Below, in pieces: positions 50,342 to 63,100 of a stretch of DNA of 64,000 bases (positions are counted from its first letter, which is position 1; each line of letters starts with the position of its first letter). The notes under the pieces are model-generated. The model was not told the origin of the DNA and did no database searches. It worked only from the letters and a program-made list of their open reading frames with translations. The DNA comes from Eremomyces bilateralis CBS 781.70. Its lineage: Eukaryota. The stretch lies in the NCBI GenBank assembly GCA_010015585.1, contig ML975166.1; one strand, written 5' to 3'. The position numbers and the translations under genes were made by a program.

Positions 50342-50504
50342 TATTCCATGGAAACTATGAGGTGCCGGAGAGAGTGGTTGCTTCGCATCGACTATTCTAC
50401 ATGTAACGCGATTGATGAGTTCATGACGAACAGCAAGACTCCCGCACTGTTGTTGTGGTGATGTTTGATGAAAATTACTATTATTTGAGTTTACCACTGT
50501 TCAC

Positions 50505-53500
50505 TCACATTTTCCTCTTCTTTCGGGCTCGTGACCTTGTTTGACCTCTCGACTGGCCAGGCGAATCTTCGCCCGTCGGGTCTTGATCCAATCCCTCCGT
50601 AGCGTTATCCTTGCCACGTTTAGCCTTGGTTGCAATACGTCCCAGGGCATTTTCCATCCGCTTGCTTTTGGTCTCCAACTTCCTGCGCGGCGCGAACGCT
50701 CCTGCACCGACGCTGCCACCGAAGAAGTTAGTGATATTGCTTTGCGTTCCCTCGAGTTCCCTTCGATTCATGTCTCGGATGACAGGAACCAGGACCTCGT
50801 CCGTCCGTTCCGGACTCCAACCGACGGTGGCCATTAGGAAGCTTCGAAGGCGATCCAAATCAGGCACACCCCAGACAAAGGTGGAGGGGTCGCTGTCGAC
50901 TTCTGGATGTAGGTAGGCATCCTCGACTCTCGGATCAGGGAAATTGACGGGGAGGAAGAGCTTGGTCGAGTTCTTTCTGAATTTGCGACGAAAGGGGTTC
51001 TTGGTATCCTCCGATTTCGGCCGCGATCCATTCTGAACCGCAAGCCACCATTCTTTGAAGTTTTCCAGGCAATCGAACTCTGAAATGATCTCTAAAGCAG
51101 ATACTGGGCCGACCCCTGGAAGTCCCTCAGTGTAGTCGCTGCCCAAGAGCTGGGCAATGGCAATGAGTTTCTCACGATCTAGAGCAAATTCTGACTCCAG
51201 GTCCTGGGAAAGGTAGCATTCGACGTACTTTGCTTGGTTGAACATGTTCTTATAGACTCGTGTTCCTCCAAAGAGGAAAGTGTCCGAGTCGTCGGTGACG
51301 ATTCCGTCCACAAGACCCAGGGACACAAGCTCCGCACACTGGGCTTCTGCTTCCATAGGTGCAGTAATAAATGGCAACCCGAAGAGGGTGAGTAATTGCT
51401 GGCACTCCTGGACCATGGTCTGGGTCACTTCATCGGCATCCCGGCGATCTTTCTTCTGCTGATCCCGCAACTGTTTCAGCTCCTGATCGAAGTCAATGGC
51501 ATGCTGCTCCTTGCTCTTGTTATTCAAAGTCGATGCAAACCGAGCATGCTCGTCGGCCTCGGTCTCCAGTTGCCGGAAGAGCTCGGCTTCTTCAGGATCG
51601 GAGAAATATTCGTCATAGTCCTCATTCTCAGGCGGTATAGGCATTGCATCGTCTAATGGAACCTGTGGTACGTGTTCTTGAGTGGCAATCACGTTCTGGT
51701 CATCCTCTACCGCCTGAAGGTCTTCATCTGTCGGATCGACCGCATTCTTCGCCCTCATCGCTTCGACCCCAGACAAATCGTCCTGCGTAGAACTAGGCTG
51801 GACGATTTCTGGAGGGGGGGATTCTTCCCACTCATACTGTTCCAGTTCTGGACTTTCTGGTGGTTGCTCGCTTCTTGGCTTAAAAGGCTGCTGTGTCGAC
51901 AGGGACTCATCCGGTTTCTGGGGCAACTCTGGTAAAGTCGTTGGCCTTTGAGTACTCGCATCCTGCCCTAATATCATGGACATCGGAGGTTCTTGGCTAG
52001 GATCGTCGATGTCGATGATATCATTCGCATCGTGCCTGCGTATCCTAGCAGGTGTTTCAAATTGAAAGCGGCCATCTTGTTTCGCCTTGTCCCTATCCTG
52101 CTTATCGAATGTCTTCTCCTGTTGCAAGGTGTCCTTGTGGGTGCGTTCAAACCATGGCGGTACTGGTCTCGCGGTGCTTTGGATTTCGTGCTCCTTCTCA
52201 AAGCCTCCTGCATTTTCATCCGGTGCCGCCGCGGTTTTCTTCTTCTTTCCCAGTATTGAGCTCCCTAGGTCTAGTCTCTCGAACGGCAAAGGACCATCAA
52301 ATGACGACGGTTTTTTTAGATGCGATGCTGCAGCTCCTGCGCTTGCACCTGTATCCTTCACTGGGGGGGTCTGCATCGTTGGCAGGTTCGAGTCTTTTTG
52401 AACCGCTTTAGAACTTCGCATTGCCCTTTGCAAGTCAAAGTCATCTTCGCTCTCCGAATGTTCGGCAGAATCTTCTGGGCGGGGCTTAGGTACGTTGATT
52501 GGAATCGGTTCTGAGACGGCGGCACCTTTACGACTCCTTTCGTTAGCCATCCGTGCAATGGTTGTTCCTGATTTTCCAGTGAAGGACTTTGCTTCCTCCA
52601 CTCGGGATTGCTGGAAAACTTCCGCGAAATCGTCGTCATCTATGTGATCGGAATCGATCCCAGGCTCTTGGCCAAGAGACATAGCAATTGCTCGTTGCAA
52701 TTGTTCTTCCTCCGAATCGTATCCGGTCATGTGTGGTTCTTCGAACAGTTGATCAACATCATCCATCTCTACATCTTCCCATTGTTCCTCCTTTTCTGAC
52801 GTATCGGCAACGAACAGAGGATTAATCTTCTCCCCTGTTCTGCGTTCTGATTCTGCCCTTCGAGCCGGAGCAACGACATGTTGCTGAGTGTCTGAAACGA
52901 TTGTTCGGCTGGCTCCGTTGTTCCGAAGAAGTTGTTTCGGAAGCCGGTTCAGACCTTCAACGGGCACATCTTCAAACTCATCTTCTTCACCTTCTTCTTC
53001 GCTCGGTTCATCGTCAGGTTTTGGCTTCTTTAGCTCATCAACATTGATAGGTTTGTCCCGGTTGCCTTCGTCGCGATTCGTGACGACACCAAGAGCCCAC
53101 CCTCCTTCAACGCCTTCATTTTTGACGAGGACGTACTCTCTGCCTTTCTCGCCGGCAACTCTACCACCACCATGAACCCCCCACATCGCATCGTCGTTCA
53201 TTCCATTGAGGTTCATCAGTCGTTGGGTAAGCTCGTTACGTTCTCTGACCCGCTCGATCTGAAATTTTGAGAAAGCCATGCGGTCAGGGAACATGCTATC
53301 CAGTTGATCTTTTGAGTAGCCCATCCTGAGCCGACTTCGTAGCCGTGCCGCGTTTAAAATGTTATACCGATCACTCGCCGGAAGACTCTGAAAGAAAGAT
53401 CCATCAAAATCGATCTTGGAGAAGTCATATAGGTTAACGTCTTCTCCTGAATTGAATTGCCTAGCATATTCCTCTAGCTCTTCTAGTGACATAATGCGTA

Positions 53501-54068
53501 GGTCGGCCGGACCGCCCATTTCCGCAAGAGAGGCATCGAGCTCCGGTAAATGATAGGCATCTTTCTTCTTGAAGGTACGATTTCGTGTCCGCTCTTGAGG
53601 CGTCATTAGAGTCTCTTCGGCATATACCAGATTCTCGGGGAGCGGCGCTTCCTCCTCGTTGTCCTCGTGCCGGCCAGCGGCAGACTCTTCCTTGCGCCTC
53701 CTCTCCTCCTCCTCGCCAAGACGCTGCATCTGCACGGCCAGCAGCTTGCCAGCAGTTCTGACCGCATCATCTCGACGACCTTCTCGTCGCCTTTTTCGCG
53801 CATTAATCGTTTGACGTTTGAGGGCCGGCGCGCCACCGTCGAAGACGAATATCGGCTTGATCCCAATGAAAAGCAATTTACAAATACGGCGGAAGAATCC
53901 GACAACGTGACTGTTTCGTAAGGCGTTGCCCTCTTTGTCACGCACGGCTTTCAGGAACTGATAGATCCAAATGGACGCGTCCACCGCCAGTCGCTTCCGG
54001 TTCAGCGTCTCGATCTTGATCGGTCTCGCGCAGGGCTGAACGACCGTCCAGAGGCCGGTAACACCCAT
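50505..54068 (-). CDS. RAD2: XPG-family nucleotide excision repair endonuclease Rad2
   Basis: XPG-N: MGVTGLW..LAVDASIWIYQF..FVFDG. XPG-I: APMEAEAQCA..TDDSD..LLGSDYTEG. Confidence 0.97.
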   Translation of the reverse strand: MGVTGLWTVVQPCARPIKIETLNRKRLAVDASIWIYQFLKAVRDKEGNALRNSHVVGFFRRICKLLFIGIKPIFVFDGGAPALKRQTINARKRRREGRRDDAVRTAGKLLAVQMQRLGEEEERRRKEESAAGRHEDNEEEAPLPENLVYAEETLMTPQERTRNRTFKKKDAYHLPELDASLAEMGGPADLRIMSLEELEEYARQFNSGEDVNLYDFSKIDFDGSFFQSLPASDRYNILNAARLRSRLRMGYSKDQLDSMFPDRMAFSKFQIERVRERNELTQRLMNLNGMNDDAMWGVHGGGRVAGEKGREYVLVKNEGVEGGWALGVVTNRDEGNRDKPINVDELKKPKPDDEPSEEEGEEDEFEDVPVEGLNRLPKQLLRNNGASRTIVSDTQQHVVAPARRAESERRTGEKINPLFVADTSEKEEQWEDVEMDDVDQLFEEPHMTGYDSEEEQLQRAIAMSLGQEPGIDSDHIDDDDFAEVFQQSRVEEAKSFTGKSGTTIARMANERSRKGAAVSEPIPINVPKPRPEDSAEHSESEDDFDLQRAMRSSKAVQKDSNLPTMQTPPVKDTGASAGAAASHLKKPSSFDGPLPFERLDLGSSILGKKKKTAAAPDENAGGFEKEHEIQSTARPVPPWFERTHKDTLQQEKTFDKQDRDKAKQDGRFQFETPARIRRHDANDIIDIDDPSQEPPMSMILGQDASTQRPTTLPELPQKPDESLSTQQPFKPRSEQPPESPELEQYEWEESPPPEIVQPSSTQDDLSGVEAMRAKNAVDPTDEDLQAVEDDQNVIATQEHVPQVPLDDAMPIPPENEDYDEYFSDPEEAELFRQLETEADEHARFASTLNNKSKEQHAIDFDQELKQLRDQQKKDRRDADEVTQTMVQECQQLLTLFGLPFITAPMEAEAQCAELVSLGLVDGIVTDDSDTFLFGGTRVYKNMFNQAKYVECYLSQDLESEFALDREKLIAIAQLLGSDYTEGLPGVGPVSALEIISEFDCLENFKEWWLAVQNGSRPKSEDTKNPFRRKFRKNSTKLFLPVNFPDPRVEDAYLHPEVDSDPSTFVWGVPDLDRLRSFLMATVGWSPERTDEVLVPVIRDMNRRELEGTQSNITNFFGGSVGAGAFAPRRKLETKSKRMENALGRIATKAKRGKDNATEGLDQDPTGEDSPGQSRGQTRSRARKKRKM

Positions 54069-54215
54069 GGTGAGACGAGCATCCGTAAGACGGCAGACTG
54101 CGCGACAGTGAACATTCGCTGGTTATTCCGCGGCATCAGCGTGTTGGCAATGGATTGATATCAAACTGACGTGATTTCGAGTCGACGCTACCTAGCCACC
54201 AGCGAAACACGACTG

Positions 54216-54268
54216 CACGTGACTGATCGACAGGGTCCTGATTCTACTTTCAACCCTGCATCACGTGA
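54216..54268. promoter_or_regulatory. Two CACGTG E-boxes in the RAD2/ARG82 bidirectional promoter
   Basis: CACGTGAC at 54216 and TCACGTGA at 54261. Confidence 0.5.
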
Positions 54269-54369
54269 AGGCAGAGCTTCCGTTTGAAACAACTGAACAA
54301 CAGACGAAGTACCGCCATGAACTCCCGGTCTGAGGCATTGAAACTTCGAAACGATTAAGTTCTTATACA

Positions 54370-55478
54370 ATGACTGCACAAATTGATCCCGCGTCACTAA
54401 AGGCATTTGGAGATGTTGCTGCCGGGCAGTGAGTTACCCCTTTCTGATCGAGCCCCTATTCATTCGCTCGGGGCGTCAATATAAACATGCAACTGACCTA
54501 TGGTGTAGCGACGGGGTACTCTCTGACGAGTCCGGTGGTCTAGTCATCAAGCCATGCACAGCCAAAGAGATTGCGTTCTATGAAGCCGCTCCGAAGCAAA
54601 GCCCCGATTTCGCGAAATACATCCCAACATACATGGGCACTTTACAGTTGAACAAGCCCGCCGAAGCCACCGACCCCACCACCAGTTCCTCTACTGCACC
54701 AGATCCTACCGCCACCACCGCAGCCGGGACTGCAGCTACTTTATCGCTCGACGAGGCCGGCCCCATGTTCGGCAAAGCCCTGACGACCGAGACGTCCATC
54801 GTCCTGGAGAACGTAGCGGCCCGATTCCGGAAACCGAACATCTTGGATCTGAAACTCGGGGCGCAGCTGTGGGACGATGCGGCGAAGCCGGAGAAGCGCG
54901 CGCGGTTGGACAAGGTGAGCGCGGAGACGACGAGCGGAAGCCTGGGGTTTCGGGTGGCGGGGATGAGGGTATATGGCGCCAGAGGAGACGCGCCAGAGCA
55001 TAAGGCGTCCGACTACATGAGCATGGATAGTGTCACGGGCTATCGCGTGTATAACAAGATGTATGGGCGGGTATTCAATGCTGACAACGTGAACGAGGCG
55101 TTCAAGGAATACGTGACCGCACCCGGCGTTACAGCAGCCCACGCAAAGAAGGTGTTCGGTATCTTGGAAGAGGACGTCAAAGGCATTGAAGCAGCATTGA
55201 TGGGCATGGAGTGCCGGATGTACTCAGCGAGCATCCTTTTTGTCTATGAAGGGGATGTCGAGGGCTACGAGAAGGCAGTGAAGGACTACGAAGCCAACCC
55301 GCCAGCGCAATCCGATGATGATGATGACGAAGAGGAGGATACTTTCCCAAGGCTTACGGCCGTAAAGCTCATTGACTTTGCGCACGCTTCCTTCGTTCCT
55401 AGACAGGGGCCAGATGAGAACGCGTTGCAAGGGGTGCGGAGCGTGGGTAAGATATTGCACGACTTGCAAGCGGCCTGA
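54370..55478 (+). CDS. ARG82: Inositol polyphosphate multikinase (Arg82/Ipk2); intron 54429-54508
   Basis: Spliced VAAGHDGVLS, then PNILDLKLG (PxxxDxKxG), SASILFVYEGD and KLIDFAH. Confidence 0.9.
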
Positions 55479-55570
55479 ATTGCCATATGAATTATGACGA
55501 TGGTTCCGATACCCATTTCACACAGCGGTTCAATATAAAGCGCTACAGTAATTACAAACTAGAAATGCAT

Positions 55571-57870
55571 TCAAATTTCCACTGTTTGCTGAATGGTCTT
55601 GTTCTTTCCCTTCCTGAACACTCGCGTGTCCTCTGGATTGAAACCTCCGTTGCCCCAGGTTGCCCACTCTGGCGTTGGAGGACCAATGTAGTCTTCCGGC
55701 CCGAACTCCTTACCACTTTCGAGGCATTCGAAGAATTTGTCGTAGTCGATCGTTGAATGCCATTTTCCATCGATATGAAATCGTGTACTGGCGAGAAGAA
55801 CGCAGCAGCTGTGCGCATGTTCCGCAGCTATCCCGTACTTCAGACCTCGGCGTTCCAAAGCCGCATTCAACTGAACGACGAATTCCGTGACCTCTTCGTA
55901 GAACGGCACGTTTTGCATTGTCAATCCAGCTGAAGCGGACGTCGAGGTTCCACAGTACGTGACGCCTTTGATTTCCACGAAGCATGGCAGCCCTTTCTCG
56001 ACCAGATCGGCGTATCCTTCCGCTTCGTCTTCGATGTTGAATCCCTTCACCAACGTCAGGCGAAAAACCGTCCGCTGTCGGAACCTCCTCTCTCGGAGGA
56101 TGTCCAGGCATCGCATTAGGCGTTCCCAGAAGTCCCGGTGAAGCGGACGGTCAACTTTTCGCAGACTCTCTTTATTCGATGCGTCGATGGATACGTAAAG
56201 CTGGGTGATGGGCTTGAGAGCGGCCAGTTCGTCGGGATGTTGCGCATTGCAAACGAGGAAGGATGAAATATGCTCTTTATGAAGCATTGCAGTGAACTCG
56301 TTAATGTGTGGATAGAATATCGGCTCGCCGACGAGACTGAGGGCACAGTGTCGTATTCGCATGGATTCCTCGAACCGTTCAGCACGCACTCCCGGTACGC
56401 CTTTCATCATTTTCATCTTCTTATAATGCCCTGCTTTCACCCCCTCGAAGATCAGTTCGGGCGGATCGATTTTCCATCGCCATGTGGTACCGACGGGATT
56501 GGTGCCATGTCGCCAGCAGAAGACGCATTTATTGCTGCATGAGAGCGCGGGCGTGGTCTCCATGCATAGATGCGACTTGATTCCGTAAAAGGAGTACTTG
56601 TAGCATGATCCTCTACCTCGGAGGGCGGATTTTGTCCAACGGCAGATTTTTACCCCTGAGTGCGATCCCACAATTGTGTAGCCCTGCTTCGTTAGGGCTG
56701 CATATGTTGGAGATGACTTCGGGACCATCTCTTTTCGTTCCACAATAGGCGGTCCCGGTTTGGACTTGCCATATGTAGTGAAGTCGATCGCCAACGGTGC
56801 ATCATCGCTTGCATCTTTCTGAATCATTCGATCCAGGTCCTCCATATCATCGATCCGTTCGGCGCGTCTTCTTTTTGAAGGGTTTTTCTTTGGATCCATA
56901 ATTTCATCATCCTCGTCACCACTTTCCAGAGCTTCTCCACTGCCAGACACACCTTCTCCAAGTCCTCCCGCAAGGAAGATGTCCCGTACAGCCCGTTCGA
57001 TTCCTTGTACCCATTCCTGCAGCCTTTCCGTAGCATCGCTCTTCGCATCGCCTAAACCCATCGGGTACGCGCGCTTCTGGCCAGTGAGCCTGGCAAGCCA
57101 TTTATCCACTTCAATGGCCTGACAACAGAATCCTTCCGATTCTGTTGGCCACCCTTCTCTATCGCCGATGCCAAACACGCTGTACCCAAGCAGGCCGGAC
57201 AAAGAAGCGGTATCAATTCGGAAGTCGTGGTGAGTTTCCTTTAGCTGCTCAATGAACGTATCCATGACGGTGTCGATATTGTAGCTGGGGATAAGCATCA
57301 GGTAGAATGACTTCGTCGTCGACTCTGTATGACGGGGCGGAGAAACGAAGAAGTCGTCGTACTCAATCTCAGAGAGGTCATATAGAACCACTGATACATC
57401 GCAATCGGGACCGCCCGCCGAGGACGGCTTTCCACTCCATTCATCTAGTTCCTGCTGGACCCTTTTCGCAGTTTTCTCCGTGGTAGTCGTCAAGGAGAAG
57501 TAGAAGACATGCAATTGTATTGCACGGATGCCCGTTATGCTCGCATCTCTTGCTGGCTTGCTCTGTCTCACACCAGTCACTCTTTTTGGGAGCCGGTTTT
57601 CCAAGACACGCCGTGATGTTTCTCCAGAGCTGATCTTCTCATTGTGCAACTGAGTGGTCTCCTTCGGCCGAGTCTCCTTTATCGTCTCCCGTTTCCAGGA
57701 TATTAGGCGCACAGCAAGGCCAACTATCACGATTGCAGCGAGAAGGTTTAATCGATTCTCATGCCACAACTCCAGCAGTTCTGTAAACTATCAGTCTCGG
57801 CATGTCACTGTCTGGGGAATATCATCATCCTACCAAATGGCCAGGCGGGAAATTCGGGCGCAATATCCAT
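55571..57870 (-). CDS. TYW1: Radical SAM tRNA 4-demethylwyosine synthase Tyw1 (flavodoxin-like + radical SAM); predicted first exon 57870-57834, intron 57833-57781
   Basis: KQGYTIVGSHSGVKICRWTK, CSNKCVFCWRH (CxxxCxxC), HCALSLVGEP. The upstream ATG exon splices in frame to the TTG-started ORF in the track. Confidence 0.95.
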
Positions 57871-58140
57871 ACTGGCGTGTTCTTTGTGGTAACCATTAAT
57901 TCTTCACTGGGGATAGATAGGCATAGCAAAATCCATGTCCTATTGAGTTTACTAATGTCTACAGTTGAACCTGAACTGAACTGAAATCTTGAACTGTGGG
58001 GCGAATAATTTGGGGTTCGTGGTTCTGGCGTATCTGGTTCGTTCAATTCAGTCCTCCAGTTCATTCACAAGGCACCAAGGCAGCCACAATTTTTGTAATC
58101 CATTCCAATCAATTCTGTTCAGAAAGAGAGTGGGGAAGGC

Positions 58141-58184
58141 ACGCGGAAAGGCACGCGTTCAGTGAACAAAGACACGCGACGCGA
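58141..58184. promoter_or_regulatory. Cluster of four ACGCG (MCB-like) elements between TYW1 and the Zn-finger gene
   Basis: ACGCGG, ACGCGT and ACGCGACGCG within 44 bp. Confidence 0.45.
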
Positions 58185-58327
58185 CATCATCCCGATTCCA
58201 ACCATACCAGTCTTGAACCTTCCATTACGACATCGGTAGCAACGGATCCCATCTTCCATACCATTTTTGAACGGACTATTGTTATTGACGTAGATTTCGA
58301 GAGCGACATCTATTCAATTCCTTCACA

Positions 58328-59000
58328 ATGGCCTCACTGAAGCGTAAAGCGTCGGATGACGACTCCCCATTCGCACTGTCTCCATTCTTCGACGCCTTGA
58401 ATCAGACCGTTCCTGTCTGGCCGCACACCCGATCATATTCGCAACAATTCTTCAACGCATCCTTCGAGCCGCGGCTGAAAGACATATCATCATGGAGTCC
58501 CAGCTCCAGCAGCTCGGTGTCAGTTGACTCGACCGACAGCGGCAGGACTAGAAAGCGGTTTCGAGACGACAGACCGGACGAAGCAACGGTTCACGGTATG
58601 AGTTTCGCTAATGGAATTCTTCTTGTGTGACAGGGCACTGATCTTTGGTCTATTAGAGAATACAATCAACAAGCTATTTGACGCTCAACGCCAACCAGAA
58701 CCACCCGTACCCTTCTTTACCCGCCTCCACAATGCCACTCGACAGGAACTACCTTCGGATCCCATTCAAAGAACGAACCTGCACTCATTCTGGTCTCTCC
58801 CGGGCACTCCACACAATATGCCCACCAGGCCACCTCACCGAACCAGTGTGATGAATGAGGGCGTCAAATGCGATGACTGCGATTGCTTCGTTCCGAGCTC
58901 AGAGGCAGAAGACTCCCAGTGTTCGTCGTGTGGACGGACGGTGTGTTCCCGGTGTGCAGTGGTTAGGGACATGCGGTCTTGCCTCGAGTGTGCTCGTTGA
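58328..59000 (+). CDS. Conserved fungal hypothetical protein with C-terminal Cys-rich zinc finger; intron 58596-58656
   Basis: Spliced RTRKRFRDDRPDEATVHENTINKLFDAQR..LHSFW, followed by CDDC..CSSCGRTVCSRC..CLEC. Confidence 0.82.
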
Positions 59001-59959
59001 TACGCGTTAGTGGCTGTCTCCATCCAGATTATTTCGGCGCGTCTGTACCTGCCCGTCGAACTGAGTTGGCCTCTTGTATCCCGGGTGATGCAAGAGGCCG
59101 TGTTAGGATTACCGCCGTCCTTTACACGTTTTGATTTCTTCAGGGACAGCTTAGCATGGCGTTTGGGTTAATGCGTTGAATTGGGATTCATGGTTGATGA
59201 TTATATGTTTAAAGTCTCCTGTTTTAATTCAAGCGATGTCGGGTATTCGGCCTCTGATGAACGAGAACACAATACAACGCTGCATTTGACAACCAGAGGG
59301 ATGAACTTTTTCCAGCAATTGGGCTGGTCTCATTGTCGGACGGACGCTTAAATCATCAATGCAGAGCTGCTTGCCACAACTCGAAGAAACGATGTGAACT
59401 GAGCTAACTAAAGTGTGCATGACGCATCAGGGCAACGCGTTTAGAGGATGCTCTGGAAGCGCTGCTAGACATAAAACGAGGGCTGACCTGTTTAAGATAC
59501 TGTCCCGAGCCCAAGTCATTCTTGTTAATGCATAGGGAGCATTATGACCCCACTTTTGCTGCGCTACTCTGCGCCCCAAGGGTTTCCAGAGGCACCTATA
59601 CTTGGCAGCGTTGTTGCAGCTCAAACACGTCGATGCGGCAGGTGTGATCCATGATGCCATTAACATAAAGTGGTGTGCCACGGAACTGAAACGCAGATTG
59701 GGGTACAGGATGGTATGGATATCAAAGAACTAAATGATCTCCACAGCCAGCGATAACCATGCCTTTCGCGGCAAAGTAACGAGCATGAAACGGAAGGTTA
59801 AATATCTACTCGACACAGCACTGCCTGCATGTCGATGTAAGGGTTCAGATCCATTGGATGCGGGTACGGAAATTGTCCCAGCGGTAAGGTATCGGACACA
59901 TAAAGGTGTCGGCCAGGCCTGGAGTGGATATTGGCCTTCGTGTTCAAGATTGGGCAGGA

Positions 59960-60130
59960 TATTATTATGCCCCAAGGCGCGGGTTTGTGGAACACTGGGA
60001 AGATGGCGCCATTGATGATACTTATCCATCAAGCGTGGGATTTGTTAAGGGATTTGCTAAGGAATTTGGCAGCCGTGAGCAGGCTGTTAATGAAATAAGA
60101 ACAGGAATGGATTTAAATGGATATTGTTAG
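59960..60130 (+). pseudogene. Degenerate RNase H1 N-terminal (viroplasmin/hybrid-binding) domain fragment
   Basis: YYAPRRG..GAIDDTY..VGFVKGFAKEFGSREQA resembles YYAVxxG..GIYxTW..VxGF..KxFxTxEEA. No clear complete gene. Confidence 0.3.
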
Positions 60131-63100
60131 ATTGCAATATCAGGACTTCAGGAGTTGGCTGCACAATACGGGATCAGCAATCCTCCTTGGGGGTCTCTGC
60201 ATGGCTCACTGGGCTTAGCAATACTTTAGTGCAGCATAGAGCTAGACCCAGGTGAGCAATCAGCAATCAGATTGAGCGCTGATGTGACGCGTTCTTAACG
60301 CTGGTCAGCTTGATTTCGCTTGCCCTGGGCGGAGGGCTCGGAGGTGCCGTTCTCCTTGGACGATCTTCAATTAGGAGGGAGGTGCCTTCGCCTTTTTCAC
60401 ATGTGGAGTTGTGGACGCATGATTGTTTCAACTTCCAAGGCGGGACATCTTCGCCACTGGCCTGGGGAATGTCACGAAAGCAAGCAAAGATCGGGAAATT
60501 GTCCTCGAGATCAAGATGTGTTGCCGCCTTGCCGGACACTGGTCATTTCTAATTTCCTAAATATCATGCCTGGAGTGCGTGATTCTGACAGCTGAACCAG
60601 TACGTACCTTACCTTAACGTAGTGTTGCCAAATGGTACAAGCCAGCGGGTGGTAAACGAAATAACTCGGGCCGTTGAAGCGTTTATCATGAGTCTATGAC
60701 GCTCTTTGCGGAGGCTATTTCTGAAGTCAAATCCAAGATCAAGTACTGGTGCTACCGCTGCTGCGATGATCCTCACCTGTTAACCAGTACGTAGAGCCAA
60801 CCTTCATTTACTGTACTTACCAGAACTCAGAAGTAATACCCGTACCTTACGTCAAGTATTCTTTCATTGAGCCGAGTCAAATTAATCTCCCTATCCAGCT
60901 AGATGCGACAACTCGCTTGTCCAAATCCGAACTTTTAAATCTTCAATGCCCCTTTCCATGCCCCACAGATAGGATCTGTTCCAGCCACAGGGCTTGGGGA
61001 CCGGGGTCGATTGGGACTTTGGAACTTCGAAGAGCGGCAAGTTGACGCGAACGGGATGCGAGTCCCCGCTTGGTGTGGCGCGATCTAGCCCATTGAGCAA
61101 ACTTGAGATCCCGAATGGAGGATGGTGATCGAAGATCGAGGAAGATCGGATGGTTGACGTCGCCAGCATTCCACAACACGGCTCGGGCGAGGCTCTAAAG
61201 CCTAAACTTATCTCCATTCTCCAGTCTTGAGTGATATAGCTGGAATAATTGGGGAGTGCTCCATGATGGAGCCAGCTGTGCAAATGACGTATGATGTCGT
61301 TTCGGTGCTATCACACTTGAAGGTGTGGGAATATTACGGAATACAAAGAATGAGATGGTACAAACTCCTATTTGGGTTTGAAATTTCAATGTCTTGGTAG
61401 TACTTTGCTTCCGTGAGAGGTGTGGCTGCAGTTACCTAGGCCCTTTTGGGAGCTTGAAGGGTTGTTGAGAATTTGAGATCTTTGGGATGGTGAATGATAT
61501 CTCAGGGTTCAATTTGTTCTAAATCTGCTTCGTATAGAGAGAGGAAAAGATTCTCGCATGATTTTTGTCTTGGAATCTTCCGCTGGACTTGGTCAGCACC
61601 TGCGGGGAATCGAGGAGGGGGCGGGATATTCACAATAGTGATTATTGTGCTTGAGGGCAGATCAGATTAATGTTACGTTTTCCTATAGTTACCATATGTG
61701 ACTAACAGGCCAAGCAGGCGTATGGAACAGATCTAGAATCCAGATGGAGAAACATTGACGGTCACTATGACATATGTTCACCACATCTCGCATGAATTTA
61801 GTCGCTGTTCTAAGCTGCCTCGGTAGTAGTGATACACTCTTATGAATCGAATCCTTCCGTGGGGATGGGAGCAGTTACCACCGAAGGGGAGCTCGAGTAG
61901 GAGAGTCCAAAGGCCCAAGGCCAGTAAGGACCCTGCCGGAGTCAGGAGTGAGTAGAGCCACCAAATCTCGCGTGCTTAACCCAGCCAATTATATCCACAG
62001 TGCTTCGTGTTTTTGAAAGCTTACGACTTAGGCAAGCTGATATCAAGCTGCAGAAACAAGGACACGCCGGTTATTCTTAGAGCGGGGAATCTGTCTAGGC
62101 GTACCCCATAGATTGATTCGAGATTCGAGAGCCCTTGGGGCTTGGTCATTGTCATGACCAGTTCATCACAGTTTCCTCTGCGGGCGGGAAAGCAAGGAGG
62201 GCAATTGTGCATGCTGTATGATGGTAAATACCTGTATCAAGTATCAGTTGTTGGCCGATAAATCATAAAAGTCGCCGAATGAGTGGATAATCCTTACGAT
62301 CCACCCTCTTAATATTGTGCTACAATTCAACATAAATTCTCAACCGCGGAAGTACAGATTCCGTGGGCTTAGTGTGCTCCGACGCTCCCTGAAAGACATC
62401 TGACAGACGCGTCCAACGCGTCGAGCTTGATCATTATTATTATTAATGTCGTTTCAGGCACGGCGGGGTTGGGGACATGGCGCTGGCACCGGGCGGGATC
62501 AGATCGGACATTCGCAACACGATGCCCTCCAAATTTCTGAAACCGACATGACTTGGAAGGCTCACCTCTTGTAGTGTCGCACTCCTAACGTGCTTGAGGA
62601 GTATCATCTCACCAACAGCTCTGATTAGAGTTTCGAGGGGAGGCTAATTTCCTCGCTGAGGTCATGATTTTATGTAGAAGACGACAAGGCATTGAGTAGC
62701 ACCGATTTACCGGATCCTTTGAATATTAAGCTCGAAGCCGCATATCCGTAATACATCGATATCGGGAAAAGGACATGTCATCTATAGATCAATGTCTGAC
62801 AACAATTGATCTGGTCCTTGAGAGACCCGGATCATCGCACAAGTGCTGCGAAGGTGGCTAAGGTCGTCGATTTTATTACAGGTACTTGCACGTTTGACGA
62901 GCACTGGTTCCAGAAATCGAAGCAGGCTCAGAGACACGGCATCCGGATATACCTATACAGGGACCTTATGTATGGCTTGCATGTAGCATACACAAAGACA
63001 CCGATGACAAGCAAGGGGGCCTCGGGACTTTCTGGATTTGTATTCTGGTAAGTTGCTTTGGGAAACATATATCCACCAGATCTCCAATCCTGAAACGTAC

